Shown here in pieces: positions 9,701 to 19,436 of a stretch of DNA of 20,197 nucleotides. Positions within the stretch are counted from its first letter, which is position 1. Each line of letters starts with the position of its first letter. The notes beneath the pieces were generated by a model. The model was not told the DNA's origin. It made no database searches and saw only the letters and a program-made list of their open reading frames with translations. Source of the DNA: Craspedostauros australis (taxonomy: Eukaryota); assembly GCA_030167865.1 (NCBI GenBank), contig JALAGF010003802.1, forward strand, positions 62,001-82,197, written 5' to 3'. A program made the position numbers and the translations under genes.

Positions 9701-10346
9701 CAAGGCTGTCGGGAGACCGGTGCTGTGAGGAGAGCGACGTGATGGACGCAGTCGTCGATGTCGGCACGGAAGTGGCCGGCGACGAGTCCCTGCCCGCATA
9801 CTCGTACGCCTTTGCGACGACAGATTTGCGCGGAGGCGTCACTGCATGCGAGTACGCGAAGGTGGAGTCATGGTTGGGAGTTCGTGGGGGAGTGTGTGTA
9901 TGCGTGGGAGTGTAGTCATATGTGGGCTTGTAGGAGTGATGGTAGTCTGGCGGGCTGCTGGGATTGCTGATGGCCCTGTTGGTGATCTTCACGGGCGATC
10001 CTGTCTGGTCCACGATCATGGCCCTGCTCCTGTTCCTGGTCTTGCTTGTGTAACTGCTTGTGTAGCTATTGCTGTTGATGTTACTATTGTAGTTGCTCGC
10101 ACGAGTATAGGAAGGGGCATTCATGGATTGGTGAATGACGGAAGTGGGCGAAGGGGCGGTAGATTGGATGATCTTGTGCAGATCCACGCAGTGATCAGGG
10201 CTGTCGCGGTTCTTGGAATGCGCGCGCACGTGCTTGTCGCTGGTGCTGTACGAGGGCGAGTGCTTATAGTCTCCCTTGGCCTGCGAATAGGCTTGCCGCA
10301 GATGCCTCCGCCGCTGGATCACCTGATTGTCGGAACGCAGTTCCAT
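6702..10346 (-). CDS. Large low-complexity protein with C-terminal PDZ domain; predicted join(10346..7749, 7589..7343, 7123..6702), about 1088 aa
   Basis: Three ORF-track ORFs join in frame through two GT-AG introns. The second junction rebuilds the PDZ binding loop VELTLPLG-I-VFLENDGGCWVTKVSPSGSAAHSGEVKAGDQLAAING. Exon 1 is S/T/D/Q-rich with a QQRE coiled-coil-like stretch. The start codon is less certain. Confidence 0.82.
7124..7342 (-). other. Spliceosomal intron (219 nt, phase 1) within the PDZ domain
   Basis: Donor GGAA|GTGAGT and acceptor CGCACAG|TC. Splicing yields LPLGIVF. Confidence 0.85.
7590..7748 (-). other. Spliceosomal intron (159 nt, phase 0)
   Basis: Donor ACG|GTACGT, pyrimidine tract and CTCCAG|ATC acceptor. 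Frame is preserved. Confidence 0.8.
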
Positions 10347-10485
10347 TCCCCTTGCTGTCTGTTCTTGCTCTTGTTCTTGTTGCGGATTCTTGCTCTGCTA
10401 TAGTCGATACCGATGGAGGGGCTGTGCATTCCACTTCAACTCAACTCTATGATCTCTCCATTCATTTCCATCCATCTCCATCTCC

Positions 10486-10540
10486 TCATGTCGTGTGATG
10501 TCGCGTGATGTCATGTTATGTCATGTCATGTCGTGTGATG
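10486..10540. repeat. Degenerate pentanucleotide tandem repeat (TCATG/TCGTG/TGATG) x11
   Basis: tcatg tcgtg tgatg tcgcg tgatg tcatg ttatg tcatg tcatg tcgtg tgatg, about 140 nt upstream of the ATG at 10346. Confidence 0.85.
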
Positions 10541-11471
10541 TTGTAGTTGGCGACAATGGTGATGGTGATGATCACAACGCAATTCATCCCTCCACTCACA
10601 AACACTCACAATCACATGCTGTAATCACCCAACCACAATCACATTCTCCCTTTTTTGGATTCGTAAAATTGCAAGAATTTTTGCGTGACACGATTGCGTT
10701 GGCGTGCGCGATGTGGTCCATGCGTTCCAACGTCTACCATCGCGCACGCAGGCCCGTAAGAATCGTGGTACGCGACCAATGGAAAAGCCGCAACGACATG
10801 CGGTCGACAAAGATCCGTATTCGATCAAACATTCTCACAAGACCAAAACTGCACCCAACGAGGTTCTTTCTTGCATTCGTCGGAATGCATTGTACGTATC
10901 CATTCTTTCAGTCATTCCTCCAATCCACCTCGTGATTTCGTTTCATGCTTTCACAAGATCGGCATCATCATCAACAAGATCACCATCACATGAACAGCAA
11001 CAACGACCATCTGCGGAAGTGCCACATGTGCTAATACGCGTACTCTACGCTCACATCCCTCCTCAGAGCAATGCGATCGAGACGGCTTCCTGCTGCTCTA
11101 TACACGAATGCTCTCCGTTACTCTTGCTCGCGCAGTATGTGTGATGTGGTGCGAAGCTATGGAATGATGGCATTATTACAGCAGTCGGCATTTAATATAG
11201 TATTCTACTATATTACTACGACGCGTACGTTTGCATCTTGTGACTGAATGATAGATTGATTATCGGTATGGAGTCGTCGTCGTCATAGCATTGGAGAAGG
11301 ATCGATGCGAGCCAGACAACAGCGTTCTTGCTTGAAAGCAATACCGTCGTGTCTGCCGATGGAAGCGCGCCTCATCAAGTAGGCAAAAGAAATGGAGCAA
11401 GAAGGTCGAGTCTCAGGTCATCCATCTGATCTCATCAGCTTGTACACATACACACATAGAGTACGCGCTCT

Positions 11472-14400
11472 CTAGATGGAGCCTTCCGTAGATCCACCTC
11501 TCAGTCTGCGCCCGTTCTTGCCGTTGTCCTTTCCTTTCTTGTTCTTCTTTGCGAACAGTCCACCGAACAGTCCCTTCTTCTTCTTCTTGTCCGGTGTTTG
11601 CGTGCTCTGTCTTGACATGCTCGTTGGTGTTGCTGCTGCTGTTGGTGTCGCGCTCGCCGCCTTCGTCACGGACGATGACGGCGTTGGCGCCATGCCTGCT
11701 GGTTGCTCCAGGTCGCTCACAGGCGTCTTCGTGTCCATCCTGGAAGGACGCGACAAGGACGATTGCGCCGTCTGCAATGGAGTCATGAGTGAATGAATCA
11801 AACGAGTGATGTGGTAGATGACAAACAAAGTGTGAGAACAAAGGACGTACCAATATCCACGCATATCCGAAAGCATTCAGTAGAAACAAGTATCTCCAAT
11901 ACAGTGAGTGCACTCACCGATATTTGCCGCAGCGTGCTCTGCGACGAGGGTGTTGGTGCTGGTTGCGACGCAGCGGCAGCAGACAATGGAGTCATCATTG
12001 CTCCATTATTCGTTCGAACGCCAGCTGCGGTGTAACCAGGATGCTGCTGCACGACGACCGGCGACGACACTCCGCTCATGGAGGAAATGTCGTCGTTGAT
12101 TGTGTCCTGGGCACCAGCGTTACCATTCTGCGTTGCCATGGGCGTGACAGGTGGCACGTCGGGATTGACGGCCATTTCGGTGGAGTCGAGGTTGCGAGGA
12201 TTCGATGCGGAGTTCTTCAGGAAGGATGGGAGGTTCGCGGCGTTCTCCTTTTCGCGGTTGGCCTTGATGAGGGCCTTCGTCTCGAGCAATTCCAGGAGGA
12301 CGGCCTCTCGGCCTTCGTAGGCGCGCATGATGGTGGACACACGATCGATCTGCCCAGGCACCGATGTCTTGCCGTAGACGTAGTTCAGCAGTTCCGATAC
12401 CTGCGCAATGACGGCAGGCGAAGTGCCGTCGATGAAGTCGCCGGAGTACTCCGATCCAGACATGGAACCTTCTTCGTGAGTGGGGCCCTCGCGATGTTGA
12501 TCTTCCGGATCGATCTCCTTCGTCTCCTTCTCCGGCCACGACTCCGCGGCGAAGGGTTCCTCTGTGAACATTCGCTGCTTGGCGCCTTCGATGTTGGCGT
12601 CGGCACCTTCGCTCGCCCTGCCCTCCATGACGGCCTGTTGGAAATGCGGCGCGTAGTTGTCGTGATCGCCCACGGCATCGTGGTGCTGGTGCTGCTGTTC
12701 GTGTTGCTGATGCTCATCCGGCATGTCGCCACCATTCCGCACGTCATGGCCTTCTTCATCCTCATCCTCGGACTTGTTGTATCGCACCGAGAGCTTCTGC
12801 ACGAGATGGTCCTCGCGGCCCTTGTACTTGGCCATGAGCTTGTCGAGGAGCCTGACCTTCTCCGGCTCGTGCTCCTCCAACAGGGACTGCACGACGAAGG
12901 TGTAGAATTTGAGCGGATCGTTCTGGATCGTCTGCTCCAACGAAAATCCGAAGTTGATGGGGTAGTCCTGACCGAAGTTCTCGATGATGTCGCGTGGCAC
13001 CTGCGGCACAGGACCGGCGGCCGCCAACATGGCAGCGTTGCGCTGCTTTTCGATGAGGAGGGACGGACCGCCGAGGCTCTCCATGACGGAGACGTCGGCC
13101 CCGTGATCCACCTGATCGTCGTACTCTACCTCCTTGATCGGCGCCGGGTTGACGACGTCTTCTTCCACTTCGACTGGTGCGACGGGCACGTGGGTTTCAC
13201 GCATAACCTCCGGTGGCGGTGGTTCCTGCGCAAGGCCGAGCGGCGGTGGAACCTGCTCTGGTTCCTCCATGACGGGTTTCTGGCGATCGTTGGAGTCGAC
13301 CGTCTCCAAGGTGCCATCATCCTCGTAGTTGCCAGGGGCGCCGTTGTTGCCCTGCATGGGCATCGGCATGTGGTTGCGATCGTGATTTTTGGCAGGCGAA
13401 GGGTTCCTTGGTTGGTGGTCGGGCCTGTCGCGGTCTCTGCCACGATTCCGATCGCGACCGCGATCCCTGTCCCGACCTCTGTCATGATCCTCCATCGTCT
13501 CGTCCTCCGCGCCTTCGTACGTGGACTCATCCTCCTCGCCGGCCGCCTGCTTGGACTTGGCGCTGGCCTTCTTGCGCTTCGATACCTTTTCGGATTCGTA
13601 GGTGACGTAGGTGGAGTCGTCGCGCGAGGCAAATGTCCCATCATCCTCGTCTGAGTAATACTCGTCGTCGTCCCTCCGCCTCCTGTCGCGGCACACATTG
13701 TCGGGGTTGGCGCAGATGAAGTCGATGAGGCTGTCGAGGAACCATTCGTTCTCGTATGGCTCCTTGCGACTCCTGCCCTTCTTGCGGTTGCGGCGGTTGC
13801 TCTCCTGATCTTCGGACACGAGGGTCTCGTCGTCGTCGCGGCCGCCCTTGCGACTGCGGCGACCGGATTCACGCCGCTTGCTGCTGCCGGTGCCGCTATC
13901 ACTCTTCTTGCGGTCGGACGTGGAGGAAGAGGAGGAGGAGGACGGCTTCTTTTTGTTCCTTTGCTCGTCGTCGACCCACTTGACGCCGTTGCCTCCGCTG
14001 CTGATGGCGGGAGCCTTGCTGCCATGTCTCGCGTTGAGGGTCTCCTTGCGCGGTCTGCGGAAGAGGAGGTTGACGTACTCGGGATCGGCATCGATGATGA
14101 AGTCCATGATCTCATCGAAGGTGAGCCTGGACATGGTGTTATCGTTGATGGAGAGCAATTCGTCGCCGATCTCGAGCTTCCTCGACAGAGCGGCGGCGCC
14201 CGTCCGCGGCAGATCGCAGATGCGCACTCCGCGCTGCACCGCGGGCGCATTTGGGTCGTACATGGGTTCGAAGACGATGCCCATGGGCTTGCGCAGCGTG
14301 AGACGGATGAGGCCCGTGGCTGAGGGTGTCTGGCTGCCCGTGCTGTTGCCGTAGGGCGTGGAGACGCTGGGGTTGTCGTAGGAGTTCCTGCCTGCTGGCG

Positions 14401-14698
14401 TGGTCGATCTGTGCTGCTCGTAGTGCGAGTGAACGGCCGATGCTCCCGCCCTCGCAGCATGGCCAGGCGACATGCCCCGCAGCCGTCCGGAGGGGGACAT
14501 GTTGTCCATGGTGCCTCTGCCCGTGGAGCCCATTCCGCTGCTACTCCTCACGGCTCCCCGTGTGTTGTTGATGGCCGGCGTCACGCTGCGGAAGTTGCTG
14601 GGGTTTTGTGATGGCCTGGGCGGTTCCTGCCACTGCGCACCCGTCGGTCCTCCTCCGTCAAACCCTCCAGGTGGGGATTCTGCGTATTGCGCTGCCAT
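11472..14698 (-). CDS. Large disordered protein with N-terminal PDZ domain and two helical 'Y.GRE' repeats; predicted join(14698..11918, 11771..11472), about 1026 aa
   Basis: PDZ at about 14311..14051 (LTLRKPMGIVF...GAAALSRKLEIGDELLSIND...VNLLFRRP). Repeats LLDKLMAKYKGREDHL and RVSTIMRAYEGREAVL; RD dipeptide tract. The last exon joins in frame through a GT-AG intron. Confidence 0.85.
11772..11917 (-). other. Spliceosomal intron (146 nt, phase 0)
   Basis: Donor TCG|GTGAGT and acceptor CCATTGCAG|ACG. Joins ORF 11798..14698 to the coding-like part of ORF 11472..11876. Confidence 0.82.
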
Positions 14699-16298
14699 CT
14701 CTCACTGTCGTCCTGTCACACTGTCACACTCCAACTCTGACTCTTCTCTCACTCTCGCGTTTCTCGGTATCGGTACTACTATTGACAGTCGTGGCAATAT
14801 GCTGTGGATATCAGCGCAGTCGTATTGTGCAATCGTATCGCGCAATGAACCGAGGACGGCCGCAACCAAGGTGGAGGTCGGTCTCGCGCTTCTTTCGAAG
14901 TCGTGCTGCTTCCGTGGAACGCAACTTGGAGTATATTGGTATTGTCTACTGCTCTGCTGCAATATAATAGTAGAATAGAATAGAAGAGAACGGAACGCTG
15001 AGCGTGCTGCGCGCTAGACTCCGATCTGCCTGTCTCTCCTGACAATCACGCCGTTCGGTTCGTTAGTTTCGTTCGTGTCCTTGTCTCAATGCTTTTGCTT
15101 CTTTCTTGGTGCACTCGTGCGCTAGTACGCAATGGAATCGAATCGAGTATTGCAGCAGAAGATGGCAGTGCTCTAGTCGCGAGGCTGCTTGCCCAAAGGA
15201 TGGTGTGATTCAGTATGCTTGTTTATTTGGTGACGCTACTGCGCGAATGGATTCGTTGGCGTATGCAACAGCAAAAGAGTCAGTCTCTTGTGGTCGACTT
15301 CACCGATGCGGTTGTCTGTCGATTGGTGTGTGCCAACACGCACCATACAACAGCTCGGCAGACCAGATGATTTGACTCCTTGACAGCAGCGATCGTTTCG
15401 TTCTGCGAATGATGTTGGTGCTCTGGCTCGTGGCAGTACTTTTCTTTCTGCCCGTCTGTTTTCTTGGTGCTCGCAATTTGGGCGCAATTCCCTCGCCGTC
15501 GCCACAATCGCCATCGTCGTTGTTCTCTTCGTTGACAGCGATTTGGCGAGACGGCCGACGCATCCAACTTCATCTGCGCGACACATGATTCTTGTGCTTT
15601 CATTTAAATTATATTGATACATTCATACAATATATAAACATAGTCATTGGCACTTGAATACATCGTCATCATTCAACTATGTCGCAGTCTGGCGAAAATG
15701 CGTGAATGAACTGTCCAATGTGACAAGACTTGAGCTTCACTTTTCTGTGGTCGGTTTGGTCGTAGACGAAAAGCGCGCCAATAGTTTTGCCGCGTCATCC
15801 GCATTCGGAGAATTACTGATTCATCGCGTTCGTCGCCAAACAGCGCAAGCTACAATCAGTGAGTGTAGAGTGCAGAAGTTGTCGAGAGACTGAAGACTTG
15901 TGATGGTCGAGATGTATTGTACAATACGACTACAATACAATAGATCGGATAACAGCAATATGAATATAGCGTCAATCTTGCAACGATCATTGCGAAATGA
16001 TCTGTAGTCATACATGTGTCCACAGTTGCAGTCCTCAGCGAATATTCTGTTCAAATCCAACTCAAGAAACAGAACCGAGCATGAAGAGCCGAGTAGAATA
16101 GTTTTAAATTGGATGGGATCAACCATAGAGTCGTCGCATCCCATCTGACAGAGTGTGGAGAGACATGAGGAAGGACCGCGCCCATAGTAGAGTGGAGTGA
16201 ATTGTGTGACAAGAACACCAATGAAAAAAGCAAAATGGCACACGTATCGTGCACCTACTCCACAGCTCATGCCAAAACCCCGCTGCATGTTCGAAGGA

Positions 16299-17825
16299 TC
16301 AATCCTTGCGCGCCAAATTGCGAAAGCCCATGGCGACCTTCTCGTGCGCCTTGGAATCGCTGACCTCGATCCACATGTCGTCATCCGTCCGCTGCAGGAA
16401 GAATCCGCCTTTGCTCTTGATCGCGTTCACGATGCGTTTCGTGATGCCCTTCTTGGCGAAGAGGCCGGCCTCTTCGTGCTCCGACCTCGCATCCTCCACC
16501 ATCTTCATCATGGCCACGGTGCCGGGATGCCGCTGAAAGGGCTGACCGCGTCCCAGCAGCACGTCGATATCCCTGGCCGTGACATGTACCGTCTTGGCGA
16601 CGTCCGCGCCGTGCTTGGTCACCAGCATGCTCCGTTGCTGCGCCGCGGCGTTCTCGTCGTGCAGCTGCAGCTCGCGCAGGCGGCGATCCAGCAGGGGGCG
16701 TCGTATGCTGCCATCCAGCTCCATCGGCAGGGATTCGCCAATGGATATCCCGAAGCTGCCCAGCGCGTACTGGCATTCCAGGTGGGAGCCGTAATGGATG
16801 CGCGTGCGGATGCGCACATCCGTCGGGCTTTCCTGGACCATGGAGGCGAGGATGCTGGGGAATCGGCTGTCGTGCTCGAGGCACAGGTGCACCACCGAGA
16901 CGCGGAAGGGCAGCGCCTTGGTGACCCAGTGGCTGGCGCTGTACATCTTCAAGAATTGGTAAAAGTGATGCACGGTGCTGCCGGGGAAGTAGAGGACGGT
17001 GCACACGCCGCGCTGCTGGGCCTGGTCGTTGCGTTCGAGGCACTTCATCATGACGTACCAGGTGGATTTGGTGTGGCGCTCCTCCACGACGTCCTCCCAG
17101 ATCTTGGAGCAGACGCAGAGGTTGATGGTGCGGCCGATCCTGTCGCTGTAGGTGGGGAAGAAGTGGTAGTAGCCGTGCCTCAGGGAGTCGATCACATCGT
17201 GGCCCAGATCGCTCCACACGATGGACCGCGCGAGGCATTCCGGGCCGAACAGCTCCAGCTTCTTCTCGAAATGGAACACGCAGCGCTTGGCCGCGGGCTT
17301 GGGGTTCATGCCCTCCGCCCGCAGGAACATGATGTTGACAGTTTTGCAGTATTTTGGATTGAAGAAGACGGCCTTCATGTAGGCCTGGTTGTTGGGCAGC
17401 TTCTTCATGAGGCGCTCCATCTTGGCGACGGCCTTGAGGATCTGCTGCTGATCCTCCTTCGGACATGCCTGCACTCCGTGGATCTCCTCGTAGACCGACT
17501 CCCTCTGGTTGATGGAGAGCTGGTTCATCTCCTTGGCCAGTATCGTTTGGGCCGACACCGTCTTCGAGTCGCCTGAGGCCGATGCAGGATCGAAGCCCGA
17601 AGATGGGGCAGCGTCCGGGGTGCCCTGGCGCGGTGAGGCGACGGAGAGGCTGCTCGTCATGCCGTTGCGCAGCTTGACACCGTCATTCCACAGGAACGAG
17701 CACATGTCGTTCTCATCGCTGCTCCCTTCGCCCGTCGAAGACATGTCGCTGTCCAACGTCCCTCCCCATCGTTGCGGCTGCCGGTACTGCTCCACCTTCG
17801 TGTCTCCCTGCAATGTGCGCTTCAT
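16299..17825 (-). CDS. Diatom-type protein with central CRAL-TRIO-like region and C-terminal DUF6824-type domain, about 508 aa
   Basis: Likely start is ATG 17825 (ACCATGA). Motifs: LAKEMNQLSINQRESVYEEIHGV; MFLRAEGMNPKPAAKR...FEKKLELFG; DRIGR; ALPFRVSVVHLC; RTRIHYGSHLECQYALGSFGI. The C-terminal DVLLGRG....HPG...KRIVNAIKSKGGFFL...WIEVSDSKAHEKVAMGFRN starts at 16565. Confidence 0.88.
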   Translation of the reverse strand: MKRTLQGDTKVEQYRQPQRWGGTLDSDMSSTGEGSSDENDMCSFLWNDGVKLRNGMTSSLSVASPRQGTPDAAPSSGFDPASASGDSKTVSAQTILAKEMNQLSINQRESVYEEIHGVQACPKEDQQQILKAVAKMERLMKKLPNNQAYMKAVFFNPKYCKTVNIMFLRAEGMNPKPAAKRCVFHFEKKLELFGPECLARSIVWSDLGHDVIDSLRHGYYHFFPTYSDRIGRTINLCVCSKIWEDVVEERHTKSTWYVMMKCLERNDQAQQRGVCTVLYFPGSTVHHFYQFLKMYSASHWVTKALPFRVSVVHLCLEHDSRFPSILASMVQESPTDVRIRTRIHYGSHLECQYALGSFGISIGESLPMELDGSIRRPLLDRRLRELQLHDENAAAQQRSMLVTKHGADVAKTVHVTARDIDVLLGRGQPFQRHPGTVAMMKMVEDARSEHEEAGLFAKKGITKRIVNAIKSKGGFFLQRTDDDMWIEVSDSKAHEKVAMGFRNLARKD

Positions 17826-19436
17826 GGTTGATCGCTGCTTCTGGATGAACAATGTCGAGTGTGTTCGTGTGCTCGTACGTTGTATGCTGTGTATTATAGA
17901 ATATGTGGGTAGAGTAGAGTGGAGCAGGATGCAATTCCAGTTCGTACGATCTATCAATTCCAATGTGTGTGGATCGTTCCTCTTGTCGCCTGTTGCTGTG
18001 GTGGCACTATGGTACGTGCACAAATACAGCACAAATACAGCACAGACCTCCTCAATGACTTGTTGTTGTGTGAGTGACTCCGTGAGTGTCGCTGTTTGCT
18101 TTGATGTAGCAACTGTAATGATGAGGTCCTCCACTCGCTCGACTCCGCTCAGCCAGTACTCTGCGGCCTATTGGTATGGCGCTCGACTCGAGAACAGAGA
18201 GATTGCTGGTGTTGGGTTGGTTGTGTGCTCGGCCTCGAGGTCGTCACTCCTGCCTTGTGATACAAAATTCGGTAGCTCCCCCTCTATGTCCGTGACGTTG
18301 TTCTTGTTGGGGTTCCTTGTTGCGTGATGTTGTCGGCCCAACGCGAGCGTGGATGGTGCTCGTACCTACCCAAGGTGCAAGACTAATAGTAATGCCCTGT
18401 GTACAACCCACTCGACGAGCTGCGATCTATGGTCACCCCTCCTTTGTTTCCTTCTTTCTTTCCCTCTTTGTGCTCGTATCGTATGGTATCGTGTTTTCCA
18501 ATCTGTCTTGTACAGACAACAGAACAGGACGCGGAATGCACAATTGTGGCTCCACAGAAAGAAATGGAGGGAGAGAGAGGATGTGGCTTGAATACCCGTG
18601 TTCACAAAGTGTGCAGAGTATTGGTGATTCTGCACCACGTCCTCCGTGAGGACGGATTATTGTTTGTATGAAGAGTAAGAGCAATGGAACAAATCAGTCT
18701 CCTGATTTACAACAATGGCGTGGTTGAAATACATCCGGAGAACAACTGGTCAACGCAAGAGGGAGACGCAGATGGGAACACCTCCAAGAACAAGCGAGTC
18801 AACCCATGAACACGCAAACAAAACGAACGTTGAGAGGAGAACGATGCAGAGGCACTTGTTTGGGATGTTTGCGTCTTTGTGGTTGATCCGATCCAAAGAG
18901 CGCTGTCTGCTGATGGGGATGCGCGTGTGTTTCCACGAGCTTTATGTATCGCAATAGAGCCTCGTGTATCATTCCGATCACAGAGAGCCAAACAGATGGG
19001 ATCAAATAGACGATCCAAGAAGGCAGCGACCAATGCGCTGGTCGAGGTGAGGAACACCAAGAAGTTGGAGACGAGAGCAACAACAGGGGGAGAAGGGACA
19101 CAAGTAATCTGCACGGTTCGCACAAGTTCCAGTCAGGTGCATGTCTGGCTCTCGCAACAGCGTCATCAAGGGGCGCCCCACGCTTTTCGCACACGTTCAC
19201 ACACGCACCAGCCACGTACTCCACCATCCACTACCACCATACCCACGAGAACTCGCGAGTTTCGAAAACTGGCCCAAGTAGCTTCGTGTGTACCACCGAG
19301 GAAAACACGAACAACACCGACGCAACCATCCAACCAATACCATTAAATAGAGAAACCTCGCCGTTTGTCCAAAGACACAGGACAACGGCGAACAGCCCCA
19401 CTGTGTTTCTGTGTGCCTCATTGTAGTTGGGCATTA

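Noticed and set aside
11472..11486. C-terminal EGSI as a PDZ ligand for the neighbouring protein
   Set aside because: Gly at position -2 fits none of the canonical PDZ ligand classes.
11924..14460. 576-aa antisense ORF and 444-aa alternative-frame ORF
   Set aside because: Expected by-products of GC-rich biased codon usage in the PDZ gene; low-complexity translations.
14699..16298. Short ORFs and a 7-bp inverted repeat (15610-15634) in the 1.6-kb spacer
   Set aside because: No coding bias or motifs; an inverted repeat this short is expected by chance in AT-rich DNA.
16197..17576. 459-aa plus-strand ORF
   Set aside because: Mirror-frame shadow of the DUF6824 gene.
17826..18330. In-frame upstream extension of the DUF6824 gene, with one TAG, as extra exon or read-through
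   Set aside because: No ATG, CA-rich UTR-like composition and no motif. An upstream exon cannot be fully excluded without RNA data.
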